NCBI GenBank assembly: GCA_040767195.1
Contig: JAXGPA010000002.1
Location: forward strand, 256,001 to 320,000
Length of the DNA: 64,000 nucleotides
DNA from: Syntrophales bacterium
Lineage (GTDB): Bacteria > Desulfobacterota > Syntrophia > Syntrophales > UBA6807
Direction: 5' to 3'
The notes under the pieces were generated by a model. That model had not been told where the DNA came from and ran no database searches. It was given only the letters and a program-made list of their open reading frames with translations. This document shows, piece after piece, positions 27,142 to 37,241 of this stretch (its first letter is position 1; every line of letters begins with the position of its first letter). Made by a program: the position numbers and the translations under genes.

Positions 27142-27170
27142 TTGATCACCCGGGAAAGATGCATTAAATT
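27142..27170 (+). promoter_or_regulatory. Putative sigma70 promoter for the membrane protein/ThiF operon
   Basis: TTGATC-17 nt-TAAATT in an AT-rich patch; aagggat/atccctt IR immediately upstream. Confidence 0.4.
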
Positions 27171-27244
27171 TATAAGTGTAGTTGTTTTTCTACTCCCCGG
27201 GATCGGTGGAACGGATGGAAAAAGTGGAAAAAAAGGAAATGTCC

Positions 27245-27895
27245 ATGAAATGGATTCAGATCCTCATCCGGATTTTCATCGATCCTGAAACGAAGGAAAC
27301 CCTCGAAAAAGCGCCGGAGAAGATGAGGGGATTCCAGGGTGTGGGAAATGTCCTGGCCGGCCACTTCCGAAGACCGACCCTCTTCAATCCCGCCGGCCTT
27401 CTGGCGGCCCTGGTCTTCACCGGGACGCTCTTTCATCCCTGGTGGGTCGCCTTCGTTTACAACAACGAGTACACCATAGGGGCCTACGCCTTCATTCTCA
27501 GTCACAATCTCCCGTCCGAAGGGGTGGTGTACGTCATTGAAACGCCCGTCGCTGCCGTGATTCTCCTGGTTCTTCTTTTGGCGGGATACCTCTTTCTCGC
27601 CTTCTGGGGAAGCACCATGAAGGGGAAAAAAGGGAAGCTCATTCTTTTCTGGACAGGGGTCTTCATGCTTCTGTACACCGCCGGGTTCTATGGGGCCCTC
27701 CTTTTCGCGACCCACCGGGTAGACGTGCCCGTGACAGGATACAGCTACATTGTCCACACCGTTCAGGTGGACATCTACATGGCCTTCACCCGGGCGTATG
27801 TCACCGCCGTCGGGGCCGCCGTCGCCTGTCTCCTGTCTCCCCTTCTCCACGGGCGTCCCGCCATTCCCCTCCACCGCAGGAAGGGAACCCCGTGA
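27245..27895 (+). CDS. Hypothetical integral membrane protein (about 4 TM)
   Basis: Open frame with four hydrophobic segments; its stop overlaps the next start (GTGA); start may be 27215, 27239 or 27245. Confidence 0.7.
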   Translation: MKWIQILIRIFIDPETKETLEKAPEKMRGFQGVGNVLAGHFRRPTLFNPAGLLAALVFTGTLFHPWWVAFVYNNEYTIGAYAFILSHNLPSEGVVYVIETPVAAVILLVLLLAGYLFLAFWGSTMKGKKGKLILFWTGVFMLLYTAGFYGALLFATHRVDVPVTGYSYIVHTVQVDIYMAFTRAYVTAVGAAVACLLSPLLHGRPAIPLHRRKGTP

Positions 27896-29805
27896 ACATC
27901 CCCTACGAGCGGCTCTTCGAACGGAATTACGGAATCTTTTCGTTCCGGGAACAGGAAAGGATCCGGAAAAGCCGGGTTCTCATCGTCGGCTGCGGCGGCA
28001 TCGGGGGGACGGTGGCGGTCATGCTCGCCCGGTCGGGGGTGGCGTCCTTCACCCTTGTCGACTACGACGTCTATTCCCCCTCCAACATGAACCGCCAGGC
28101 CGGGTGCTTCACCGACACCCTGGGAAAACCGAAGGTCCTGATCATCGCCGACATGATACGCCGGATCAACCCGGCGGCCCGGGTCGACTCCCACAACCGT
28201 CTTCTCAGCCACGACGAGATCGCCGACCTGATAGAAGACGCGGACCTCGTCTTTCCCGCGGCGGACGACTTCGCTTTCAGCCTCTTCGTCTTCCGTGACG
28301 CCCGCCGCCTCGGGAAGCCGGCCCTCCTTGTCGTTCCCTCAGGAACATGGGCCCACGTGAGCCTCATCGGGCCTCACGGACCCTCCCCTGAAAGGATCGA
28401 GGGGGTTCCTGCCCTGGACTCGTACGAGTCGCTCCGGGAAACCCTGGAAATCCGGAAATACAAGCTGGGCACTTATTTTTACGTCTTCCAGGGAAACTGG
28501 AGGATCGGCTATTACCGGGATTTCGTGGAGGGAACGGCCCGGCTCGCCCAGGTCTGCCCCACCGTCTGGATCTCTTCCGCCCTGGGCGCCCTGGAAGTCC
28601 TGAAATACCTGAGCGGCCGGTGGCCTCCCGTGGCCTCCCCCTTCTACTGGCATGTGACGGAAAAAAAGATCTCCCTCCGAAAGGTGAACGGCCTGTCTTC
28701 CGACACCCTTCTCGCCTGGCAGCGCCGTGTCATGTGGGCCGTCTTCCATTCCCCCCTGGCCCCCCTTCAGGAAAGCCTTCAGAAAATCTGGTGGAAGGCT
28801 TATCTCCGGTGGGGACGATACCGGGAAAGGGGCGTGGGAAAAGAGGGTCCGGAAGAAACGGCGGACCCCGTCGACGGTTCCTATGAAGCCCTTTTCTGCC
28901 GGAATCTCGGGATCCTCACGGAGAAGGAACAGGAAGCCATCCGCAAGACCCGGGTTCTCATCGTCGGCGATTCGGGCATGGGGGAAACCCTGGCGGTCCT
29001 CCTGGCTCGGTGCGGCTTCGAGAGATTCACCCTTGCCGGCGACGGGATTTACACCGCCGGGGACATGAACCGCCAGATCGGATGTTTCAGCGACACGGTG
29101 GGCCGGCGAAAAGGGGAGGTGACGTCGGAAATGATCCGGTCCGTCAACCCGGCCGCGCGGGTCGAGATCCTGGAAGAAAACCCCGGGGAAGACGCCATGG
29201 ATGCCCTGGTGTCGGCGGCCGACCTCGTCATCCCCGCCGTGGACGACCTTTCATACAGCGTTCTCCTCTTCCGGGCGGCGAAACGGTGCGGCCGGACGGC
29301 CCTCCTTTGCCTTCCCTCCGGTGTCATGGGATGGGTGAGCGTCTTCTTCCCGGAGGGACCTTCCCTGGAAAAAATGCTCGGAATTCCCGACACGGACTAC
29401 CAGGGCCTGGTCAACGTCATGAAAACGAAGGAGTACCAGTGCGCCCAGTACCACTGCATCACCGACGGCGACTGGCGGATGGACTGGTTTTTCGATTATT
29501 TCCGGGGGCGGCGGCCGCTGCCCCTCTTGTGCCCGGCGGAATGGCTTCTCGTGAGCCTGGCGGCTCTTGAGGCCGTGAAGGTCGCCTCGGGCCGGTGGAG
29601 GCCCCTGCGGGCCCCCCGGTGCTGGCTCCTGAAAAACGGCCGGGTGTCCGTCTCCCGGTTCAGCCGTTTCATTTCCTGGCACCGCCGGCTGGGATGGGCC
29701 CTTTTCGGTTCGCCAAGGGGCATCCGGGCCCACCGGCTGACCCACCTCTTCTGGAAGCGGCTCTTCCGCTTCCTCGCGAAAGAGCGGAGAACAGCGGGCG
29801 ATTGA
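27892..29805 (+). CDS. Tandem-duplicated ThiF/MoeB (E1-like) adenylyltransferase
   Basis: Two homologous halves: RN.G....EQ..IRK.RVLIVG, MNRQ, INP/VNP, A.DD; first half has GCGGIG and DYD...SN, second has GDSGMG. Confidence 0.85.
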   Translation: MNIPYERLFERNYGIFSFREQERIRKSRVLIVGCGGIGGTVAVMLARSGVASFTLVDYDVYSPSNMNRQAGCFTDTLGKPKVLIIADMIRRINPAARVDSHNRLLSHDEIADLIEDADLVFPAADDFAFSLFVFRDARRLGKPALLVVPSGTWAHVSLIGPHGPSPERIEGVPALDSYESLRETLEIRKYKLGTYFYVFQGNWRIGYYRDFVEGTARLAQVCPTVWISSALGALEVLKYLSGRWPPVASPFYWHVTEKKISLRKVNGLSSDTLLAWQRRVMWAVFHSPLAPLQESLQKIWWKAYLRWGRYRERGVGKEGPEETADPVDGSYEALFCRNLGILTEKEQEAIRKTRVLIVGDSGMGETLAVLLARCGFERFTLAGDGIYTAGDMNRQIGCFSDTVGRRKGEVTSEMIRSVNPAARVEILEENPGEDAMDALVSAADLVIPAVDDLSYSVLLFRAAKRCGRTALLCLPSGVMGWVSVFFPEGPSLEKMLGIPDTDYQGLVNVMKTKEYQCAQYHCITDGDWRMDWFFDYFRGRRPLPLLCPAEWLLVSLAALEAVKVASGRWRPLRAPRCWLLKNGRVSVSRFSRFISWHRRLGWALFGSPRGIRAHRLTHLFWKRLFRFLAKERRTAGD

Positions 29806-29855
29806 CGCCCTGATGTGCATGAACCCTTAAAGAATCTCACTATTGTTTTTTCCCT

Positions 29856-30003
29856 GCGGCTTCGTAAAAAGCGCCGGATGCAAGGCTCCCGAAGCCCGGG
29901 GAACGAACAACAAAAGGGGACAGATTTGAAATCTGTCCCCTTTTGTTGTTTATAACAAGGCAGGAAGGGCAACGGAGCATACGGGACTTTTTACGGAGCC
30001 GTC
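29856..30003 (+). repeat. Copy of the inverted-repeat element carrying a 45-bp perfect palindrome
   Basis: gcggcttcgtaaaaag ... gactttttacggagccgtc ends; shared gcaaggc and gaagggcaacg.agcata segments; palindrome at 29906-29950. Confidence 0.75.
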
Positions 30004-30011
30004 GCCGCCCT

Positions 30012-31490
30012 TCAGGCAATCTTCCAGGTCGTCCCCTCCGGACCGTCCTTGAGAAGAACGGCCTTTTCCACCAGGAAATCCCGGATTTCGTCGGCCCGTT
30101 TCCAGTTCTTCTCCCGGCGGGCCAGGCTTCTCTCCGCGATGAGTCCCTCGATCTCCGCCGTGTCGAGGCCCCGCTTGGCCGCTTCCCTGTCCCGGTCCGC
30201 CCCGAAGTATTCGTCAGGATCAACGAGAAAGAGGCCCAGGACCTTTCCAAGCTCCCGGATTCTCTTTCTCGCCTCGGAAAGAACGAACCGGGACCGTTCC
30301 GTCGGCTCGAAGCCCTTGTCGGTCATATAGTTGTTCAGGATACGGATGAACTCGAAAAGGCTCCCCAGGGCCCGGGCGGTGTTGAAGTCGTCATCCATGG
30401 CTTCGACGAAGCGCTCGGAGAGGGCTTGAGTCTTTTCATACACGTCCTTGTCCGCGCCGGCGAGGTCATCGGCGGAAAATTCCTTTCCGTCCCCGCCCGG
30501 GAGAAGATCCTTGATCCTTTTCAGGGTTTCGTAGAACCGCTCCATGCCCGCCCGGGATTCGCGGAGGGAATCGTCGGAAAAGTCGATGGGGCTGCGGTAG
30601 TGGCTCTGCAGGATGAAGAAACGGAGCACCTCGGGGTGGAACTGGTTCATGGCGTCCCGGAGATTGAAAATGTTCCCCAGGGATTTGGACATCTTTTCCT
30701 TGTTCACCCGGATGAAGCCGTTGTGCAGCCAGTACCGGGCGAAGGGCTTGTCCCATGCCCCCTCCGATTGGGCGATTTCATTTTCATGATGGGGGAAGAT
30801 GAGATCCTCGCCCCCGCCGTGAATGTCGAAGGTTTCACCCAGGTAGCGCTGGCTCATGACGGAGCACTCGATGTGCCACCCCGGTCTCCCCCTCCCCCAG
30901 GGGCTGTCCCACCAGGGTTCCCCCGGTTTGCTTCCTTTCCAGAGAACGAAATCCATGGGGTTTTGCTTCTTCTCGTCCACGTCGATCCGGGCCCCCGCCA
31001 TCATTTCGTCGATGTTCCGGCCTGACAGTTTTCCGTAACCGGGGAAACGCTCCACGGAGAAGAAAACGTCACCATCCACCACGTAGGCGAGTCCTTTTTC
31101 AATAAGCCTGTCGATCATCCGTATCATCCCCTGGATATTTTCCGTGGCCCGGGGAGTCAGGGAAGGCCGGGCGACGCCAAGCCGGTCCATGTCGTCGTTG
31201 TGTTCCCGGATGTATCGTTCTGAAATCTCGTGGATATCCGTTCCTTCCCGGTTGGCCCTGTCGATGATCTTGTCGTCCACATCGGTGAAGTTCTTGACGT
31301 AGTTCACCTGGAAGCCCCGGTACTTGAGATACCGGGTGATCATGTCGAAGACCACGGCGGAACGGGCATGGCCTACGTGACAGGTGTCGTAGGCCGTGAT
31401 TCCGCAGACATAAATTCCCACTTTCCGGTCCACCAGGGGGATGAAATCCGTCTTCCCTTTCGTCAGGGTGTCATGGAATCTGAGGCCCAT
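30012..31490 (-). CDS. cysS: Cysteine--tRNA ligase
   Basis: YVCG.T.YD..HVGH, GRPGWHIECS, DIHGGG.DL.FPHHENE, KMSKS; start at ATG 31490. Confidence 0.96.
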   Translation of the reverse strand: MGLRFHDTLTKGKTDFIPLVDRKVGIYVCGITAYDTCHVGHARSAVVFDMITRYLKYRGFQVNYVKNFTDVDDKIIDRANREGTDIHEISERYIREHNDDMDRLGVARPSLTPRATENIQGMIRMIDRLIEKGLAYVVDGDVFFSVERFPGYGKLSGRNIDEMMAGARIDVDEKKQNPMDFVLWKGSKPGEPWWDSPWGRGRPGWHIECSVMSQRYLGETFDIHGGGEDLIFPHHENEIAQSEGAWDKPFARYWLHNGFIRVNKEKMSKSLGNIFNLRDAMNQFHPEVLRFFILQSHYRSPIDFSDDSLRESRAGMERFYETLKRIKDLLPGGDGKEFSADDLAGADKDVYEKTQALSERFVEAMDDDFNTARALGSLFEFIRILNNYMTDKGFEPTERSRFVLSEARKRIRELGKVLGLFLVDPDEYFGADRDREAAKRGLDTAEIEGLIAERSLARREKNWKRADEIRDFLVEKAVLLKDGPEGTTWKIA

Positions 31491-31583
31491 GGGTTCCTCC
31501 TTGGCACAAGATATCTCTGATTTAAAAAATCCCGAAAGAAGCCCTGACAAGGGGGCGGGGCTTCCACAGCCCGTGAAACGGCG

Positions 31584-32621
31584 TTACGGAAAGAGGGGAA
31601 CCAGGTCGAGAGCCGTCGTCTCGGGAAGTCCCAGAAGCAGGTTCATGTTCTGAATGGCCTGACCGGCCGCCCCCTTGATCAGGTTGTCGATGACGGAAAC
31701 GATGATGACCCGTCCCGTCTTCTCTTCCACCGCGAGGCCGATGTCGCAGAAATTGGATCCCCGGACCGATGAGATATTGGGGAAAGTCCCTGGTTCACAG
31801 ACCCGGACGAAAGGCTCCTTTTCGTAAAATTTCCAATAGATGTCGTGGAGTTCCGAGGCTGCCAGGGGGCCATAGAGGGTCCCGTAGATGGTGCTCAGGA
31901 TTCCCCGGTTCACGGGAATCAGGTGGGGCACAAAGGAAACGCGGACATCTTTACCCGCCAGGGCGGAAAGTTCCTGCTCGATCTCCGGCGTGTGGCGGTG
32001 GGCGGCCACCTTGTAGGCCTTGAAACCCTCGTTGACCTCGCAGAAAAGGGACCCCAGCTGCAGATCCCGTCCGGCACCGCTGGTCCCCGACTTGGAGTCG
32101 ACGATGATGGAATCGAGGCGGATCTTTCCCTCCCGGAGAAGGGGGGCCAGGCCCAGGATGACGCTCGTGGGATAGCAACCGGGATTGGCCACGAGATCCG
32201 CCGGCACGATCGCCTCCCGGTAAAGTTCCGGCAGGCCGTAAACGGCACGGGAAATCAGGGGGGAAGCGGTGTGCTTCTGATACCATTTTTCATAGATGTC
32301 GACCCGGCGGAGACGGAAGTCGGCACTCAGGTCGATGACCTTGACGCCCCTGTCGAGAAAGACCGGGGCCGATGCCATGGCCTCGCCGTGAGGCACCGCC
32401 AGGAACACAATCTCGCAGAGGGCGGCCACCTCTTCGGGAGAGGCGTCCATGAATGTCTGCCCGGCAATCCCCATAAGCCCCGGATAAATCTGATTTATCC
32501 TCTGTCCCCTGTATTTCCGGGAGGTGAGGGCCGTCACCTCCACACCGGGATGGCGGGAGAGGAGGCGCAGCAGCTCCTGCCCCGTGTAACCGCTTCCCCC
32601 GTATATGCCGACCCGTGCCAT
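31584..32621 (-). CDS. argC: N-acetyl-gamma-glutamyl-phosphate reductase
   Basis: G.SGYTG.EL, DLSADFR, ANPGCYPT, SGAG, HRH.PEI, DNLIKGAAGQA; start at ATG 32621. Confidence 0.95.
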   Translation of the reverse strand: MARVGIYGGSGYTGQELLRLLSRHPGVEVTALTSRKYRGQRINQIYPGLMGIAGQTFMDASPEEVAALCEIVFLAVPHGEAMASAPVFLDRGVKVIDLSADFRLRRVDIYEKWYQKHTASPLISRAVYGLPELYREAIVPADLVANPGCYPTSVILGLAPLLREGKIRLDSIIVDSKSGTSGAGRDLQLGSLFCEVNEGFKAYKVAAHRHTPEIEQELSALAGKDVRVSFVPHLIPVNRGILSTIYGTLYGPLAASELHDIYWKFYEKEPFVRVCEPGTFPNISSVRGSNFCDIGLAVEEKTGRVIIVSVIDNLIKGAAGQAIQNMNLLLGLPETTALDLVPLFP

Positions 32622-32639
32622 GATTGTCCGTTCCCTCAT

Positions 32640-32664
32640 AAAAAAAGGAGGCCGGAGCCTCCTT
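32640..32664 (-). terminator. Intrinsic terminator after rpsI
   Basis: aggaggc-tccg-gcctcct hairpin followed by a T run on the minus strand. Confidence 0.7.
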
Positions 32665-32676
32665 CCTTCCATCTCG

Positions 32677-33069
32677 TTAACGCTTCGAGTACTGGAACCG
32701 TTTCCGCGCTCCCGGCTGCCCGTATTTTTTCCGTTCCTTGATTCGGGCATCCCGGGTGAGGAACCCCGCTTTTTTGAGTACCGATTTCAGGGCTTCGTCG
32801 TATTCCACGAGGGCCTTGGAGATGCCGTGCTTCACAGCACCCGCCTGCCCGGAAATCCCACCGCCGCGGACATTGATGTAAAAGTCGAAAGCATCCCGTT
32901 TTCCGGTCGTTTCCAGCGGCTGGCGGATCAGCCGGACGAGGCTGTCGCTTTGAAAGTATTCCATGAGCCCGCGGTCGTTGACCGCCCAAGAGCCGCTTCC
33001 CGGTTTCATCCAGACGCGGGCCACCGCCGTTTTTCTTTTTCCCGTCGCGTAATACCTGTTTTCAGACAT
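32677..33069 (-). CDS. rpsI: 30S ribosomal protein S9
   Basis: TGKRKTAVARV, GGG.SGQAGA, ERKKYG..GARKRFQYSKR. Confidence 0.97.
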   Translation of the reverse strand: MSENRYYATGKRKTAVARVWMKPGSGSWAVNDRGLMEYFQSDSLVRLIRQPLETTGKRDAFDFYINVRGGGISGQAGAVKHGISKALVEYDEALKSVLKKAGFLTRDARIKERKKYGQPGARKRFQYSKR

Positions 33070-33096
33070 AGGTGATCCCTTTTACCGCCTCCCTCG

Positions 33097-33525
33097 TTAC
33101 AATTCCAGTTTCTCCGGCCGCTGGGCCTCGTGGGGATGACCGTCCCCCGCATACACTTTCAGTTTTCTCAACATCCTTCGTCCCAGGCTGTTTTTCGGGA
33201 GCATCCCTTTCACCGCAAGATGGATGAGCCGTTCCGGTTTTTCGAGGCGCATTTTCCCCGCCGCTTTGGACTTGATTCCGCCGGGATAGCCGGTGTGGTG
33301 ATAATAGATCTTGTCGGTCGCCTTTTTTCCCGTCATGACGACTTTATCGGCGTTAACCACGACAATGAAATCCCCCGTGTCCACATGGGGGGTGTATATG
33401 GCCTTGTGCTTCCCCCGGAGCCTTCTCGCCACTTCGCTGGCCAGCCTCCCGAGGATCTTGCCGTCGGCATCGACGAGAAACCAGGACCGCTTGACGTCCG
33501 AAGCCTTTGCACTGTAAGTTTTCAT
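33097..33525 (-). CDS. rplM: 50S ribosomal protein L13
   Basis: [33 protein letters not shown]; start at ATG 33525. Confidence 0.97.
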   Translation of the reverse strand: MKTYSAKASDVKRSWFLVDADGKILGRLASEVARRLRGKHKAIYTPHVDTGDFIVVVNADKVVMTGKKATDKIYYHHTGYPGGIKSKAAGKMRLEKPERLIHLAVKGMLPKNSLGRRMLRKLKVYAGDGHPHEAQRPEKLEL

Positions 33526-33561
33526 AAGTACCACCGGTAATTTCTCGAAAATTAAAGCGCC

Positions 33562-33590
33562 AAGCTATTCAATTTCCGCTTCTTTGTCAA
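33562..33590 (-). promoter_or_regulatory. Sigma70 promoter of rplM-rpsI
   Basis: TTGACA-17 nt-TAGCTT, with a T-rich UP-like tract upstream. Confidence 0.65.
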
Positions 33591-33613
33591 GTAAAAAAGA
33601 TCGTGCGCCGGGA

Positions 33614-35806
33614 TCACCAGGAAGCCGACCCTTCCACACCCCCTTCGCCGATTCCAAGAAGTTCCAGGGAGAGCAGATAGAGACGGTCGTCATCCTTCTC
33701 GGAATAACGGAGTTCGATACCCCAGCACTGCCGGCGATACCGGAGCGCGTAGGTGGCCTCCACGGTCCGGTCGTCCAGGCGGTTCTTCTCGAGAATGTAC
33801 CCGATGTCCAGCCGGTCAGTGCATCGCAACCGGAGAGCCAGGTTCAGTTCTTCCACCCGGTCCTGGGTGTAGCGGTACTCGACGGTCACCCGGTCCCCCC
33901 TGCCGTCCTCAGCGGAAAGGAGGCAGTCCGTCTTCTTCCACTCACCGTCCCTGGGATCGAACCGTGTGTCGGCCCACAGGGAGAGACCGTCGAGAGGCCT
34001 GAAGTAGAGTTTCCCCTCGATGGCCCCAAAAGGTCTCTTCTCTCTTTCCGGCATTTCATCTCTTCTCGCCTCCCTGATGTCGTAGGACTGGCTCAGCTCG
34101 AGCCGGAAAAACTCCCAGTAGCGGTCCCGGCCCTGGGAATCCCGGCCCCGGGCCGTGAGAACATTGACCAGGGAATAGGTCACCTTGTTGGTTTCAACGA
34201 CGGGATCCGTGTAGTCCGGCCGGTCTTCCTGGGTGATGGAGGGAATGTAGGTGTATTCCACTTCGGGACGAACGGTGTGCTTGATTTTTTCCACTCTATT
34301 TCCATTTATGTGAAAAACCCGCGAAAATTCCGTCGATCCCTCCAGCTGGGCCGTCAGGAAGGCCATGTCGCCCCGGGTTTCATCCCCGCTGTCATCTCCG
34401 GAATCAGCGTCCCAGCGCACGAATCGAAATCCGACCCGGGGGATGACCTGAAAATATGGACTGTTGCTGAAGGGAAGGGCCAGCTCGGGGTAAAGGTTGA
34501 GGAGATGCCCCCGGGTTCCCTCTTCCCGGTCATAATAATCGTAGGCGCCATCCAGAGAAAAGTGAAAAGGCGTCCCGGAAAGGGGCCTCGTAAATCCGGT
34601 GAGGGTGATTTCCGGGTATTTCTGCAGGGTATTGTCGTTTGAGACTTCCTGAAAATTGTCCGTGTACTGGCCGAGGGCCGTGAGATTGATCCACTCCCAG
34701 TCCTTGACGACCCGTGCCGTGGAATCGAGCGAGGGCAGGGAATCGTCGGCATAATAGTTGATCCTTCGAAAGCGCTCTTCCTGGTTGTCGCCGTATTGGC
34801 GGAGAAAATAATTGTCCGAGGAAAAATCCCTGAAATACCAGGAATCGGAAACCCGCTTGATGTCAACGACACCGTAAAGGCCGGGCTTCAGGGTCACCTG
34901 GTGGTTCCAGTACAGGGACCAGCGGTCCCGGGACTCCGTCCAGGTTCGATTGAGGCGTTCTCTTGTCTCGGAAACCTCTTTTCCGTCGCGAAGAATATCG
35001 CCGTAGAAAACGCCATAGGAATCAGCGCTCTGGCAATAGCGAAATTCCAGTCCTTCCTGAAATCCTCTTTTTTCCATGTATCGCTGGTAGAGGGTGGCGT
35101 CCATGCGGTCGGAAAGGGCGATGAAAAAGGGGATGGAAATGTCCAGGCCGTTTTTATCCCTCGAGTAGGCGAGCCTCGGGAGGAGAAATCCCGTCTGGCG
35201 CGTCTTCTTAACCGGGAAAAGAAAATAGGGGACATAGAAAACGGGGACATCACGAACCCGGAACGCGCCGTGGCGGATCGTTCCGTACCCGTCCACGGTC
35301 ACCCGGATTTCTTTTCCAGTGACGCTCCAGTCCGGGGCCTCCCCGTCGCAGGTGGTCGCCTTCCCATCGACGACCCGATAGGTGGCCTCCCCCTCCTTGT
35401 GAAGTTCCCGCCCCTTGAGAAAGAGGTGGTTTTCGGAAAAAAACACCTCACCGTCGTACAGAACCCCCGTTTTATCCCTGAAATTGAAACGGGCTCTTTC
35501 GCCTTTCAGGACATCGGATCCGCTCTGGAGTTCAACACCGCCACGGGCTTCCGACTCCCCCGTGACCCGGCTGACCCGTACGTCTTCGGCCTTGAGAACC
35601 CCCTCCTCATAACGGATCACGACGTTTCCCGACGCGTCATAGGTGTCGCCGTCCTCATCGTAGTTCAGCCGGTCCGCCTCGACGGTCACCGGCGGCCCGT
35701 CACCCTTGTCCCGCCCCCACCCGGTTCGTGGAAAGACGGCCAGGACCGTCACCAGGAGGAGGAGGGCCAGAACGGCACAAAATCTGTTCAAGAAAGAGAT
35801 CTTCAT
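33614..35806 (-). CDS. lptD: LPS-assembly protein LptD
   Basis: Signal peptide, EAD...Y, A.GNV, TTC....PDW, VPVFY.PY...P....RQTGFLLP, C-terminal QCW beta-barrel signature. Confidence 0.88.
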   Translation of the reverse strand: MKISFLNRFCAVLALLLLVTVLAVFPRTGWGRDKGDGPPVTVEADRLNYDEDGDTYDASGNVVIRYEEGVLKAEDVRVSRVTGESEARGGVELQSGSDVLKGERARFNFRDKTGVLYDGEVFFSENHLFLKGRELHKEGEATYRVVDGKATTCDGEAPDWSVTGKEIRVTVDGYGTIRHGAFRVRDVPVFYVPYFLFPVKKTRQTGFLLPRLAYSRDKNGLDISIPFFIALSDRMDATLYQRYMEKRGFQEGLEFRYCQSADSYGVFYGDILRDGKEVSETRERLNRTWTESRDRWSLYWNHQVTLKPGLYGVVDIKRVSDSWYFRDFSSDNYFLRQYGDNQEERFRRINYYADDSLPSLDSTARVVKDWEWINLTALGQYTDNFQEVSNDNTLQKYPEITLTGFTRPLSGTPFHFSLDGAYDYYDREEGTRGHLLNLYPELALPFSNSPYFQVIPRVGFRFVRWDADSGDDSGDETRGDMAFLTAQLEGSTEFSRVFHINGNRVEKIKHTVRPEVEYTYIPSITQEDRPDYTDPVVETNKVTYSLVNVLTARGRDSQGRDRYWEFFRLELSQSYDIREARRDEMPEREKRPFGAIEGKLYFRPLDGLSLWADTRFDPRDGEWKKTDCLLSAEDGRGDRVTVEYRYTQDRVEELNLALRLRCTDRLDIGYILEKNRLDDRTVEATYALRYRRQCWGIELRYSEKDDDRLYLLSLELLGIGEGGVEGSASW

Positions 35807-37059
35807 GCCGTCTCCCTGGGAAAGGCGGCGTAGGCATCTCCGGCCAGGTACAGAGAACCGGCGACACAGACGAGGTCCTCGGGACCCGCTACTTTCAGAG
35901 CCTCCCGGCAGGCTTCCCGGGGATCCGCGACGACCCGGGCGGGAAAGCCGCCCCGTCGGGCCATGGGGAGTAGAATGTCAGGACTGAGGGCCCGCTCGTT
36001 CCGTGGGCGGGTGAGGATGATCCAGTCGGCGACGGAACGGACACCCTTCATCATGGTCCTGTAATCCTTGTCCTTGAGGACCCCGAAAACAAAACCGAGG
36101 CGACGATACGAAAATTCCTCCTTGAGAGCCACCATGAGGGCGGCAAGAGCGGCCGGGTTGTGAGCGCCGTCGACGACGACGGTGGGATGCCCTCGGAGGA
36201 TCTCGAGACGGCCCGGCCACGACGCACGCTGAAGACCTCTGCGAAGACCTTCCTCGGGGACCGCAAAACCCTTCGTCCCCAGAATTTCCATGACACAGAG
36301 GGCGAGGGCGGCATTCCGTCTCTGATGCCTGCCCCTCAGGGAGAGAGACAGGTCTCGGAGGGTCGTGTTCAAACCCCGGTAAGTAAATGTGCCCGGTGCG
36401 GTGGACCTGACTTGGAAGGCCTGCCCGATCCTGTACAGGCGGCCCCGCCGCTCAAAGCAGATTTTTTCCAGGCAGGCGGCAATGTGCGCCTGGGAAACAC
36501 CGATCACCAGGTCTCCTCCCTGTTTAAGGATTCCAGCCTTCTCCCGGGCGATGTTTTTCAGGTTTCCGGTGAGAAAGCGCTCATGCTCCCGGGCGATATT
36601 GGTAATGACCGTCACCTCCGGATGGAGGACGTTCGTGGCGTCGAGCCGTCCCCCCAGTCCCACTTCGATAACCGCAATATCGACCTTTTTCATGGAAAAG
36701 TAAAGAAAGGCCGCCGCGGTCATGAATTCGAAGTAGGTGGTCCGTTCGGGCATCCGCCTTTCCAGGATCCTGACGCAGTCGGAAAAAGCCCTCCGGCCGA
36801 TGATGCGCCCGTCAACACGAATCCGCTCCCGTTCTTCGACGAGATGGGGAGACGTGTAGAGGCCGACGGTCCACCCGCCTTCCCGGAGCATGGCGGCCGT
36901 GAGGGAGGCCACGGACCCTTTTCCGTTGGTTCCTCCAATGTGAACGGAAGGACAGTCGTTTTGAGGATTCCCCAGGCGCTCCAGAAAAGTCGTCACCGTT
37001 GCGAGCTGGAGATCGAAATCGGTCTCCCTCAATTGATGGAATCTCTTCAGCGCCGCCAC
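35803..37059 (-). CDS. folC: Folylpolyglutamate synthase/dihydrofolate synthase
   Basis: HIGGTNGKGS, YTSPHL, EVGLGGRLDATN, WPGRLE, DGAHN, GSLYLAG; start uncertain. Confidence 0.92.
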   Translation of the reverse strand: MAALKRFHQLRETDFDLQLATVTTFLERLGNPQNDCPSVHIGGTNGKGSVASLTAAMLREGGWTVGLYTSPHLVEERERIRVDGRIIGRRAFSDCVRILERRMPERTTYFEFMTAAAFLYFSMKKVDIAVIEVGLGGRLDATNVLHPEVTVITNIAREHERFLTGNLKNIAREKAGILKQGGDLVIGVSQAHIAACLEKICFERRGRLYRIGQAFQVRSTAPGTFTYRGLNTTLRDLSLSLRGRHQRRNAALALCVMEILGTKGFAVPEEGLRRGLQRASWPGRLEILRGHPTVVVDGAHNPAALAALMVALKEEFSYRRLGFVFGVLKDKDYRTMMKGVRSVADWIILTRPRNERALSPDILLPMARRGGFPARVVADPREACREALKVAGPEDLVCVAGSLYLAGDAYAAFPRETA

Positions 37060-37241
37060 GATCAGCCCGCGTTCCGTCGCAAGAACAACAGGTGAGGACG
37101 GATCCGGTCAAGGGAATCTAAGGCGGGACGGTCCGGTGCGGGGGAGGGGGGGATGCAGAACGGAAGGTCACCGGGACGATGGACGAAAAGCCGGGCGGGA
37201 AGAAAATTCCTTTTTGCGCAATGGGCGGTCATGGGGAACTA

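Noticed and set aside
27892..29805. Interpretation as a CBASS/Bil-type defence E1 or a RiPP maturase
   Set aside because: No E2, JAB, cyclase, ubiquitin-like protein, YcaO or precursor peptide adjacent.
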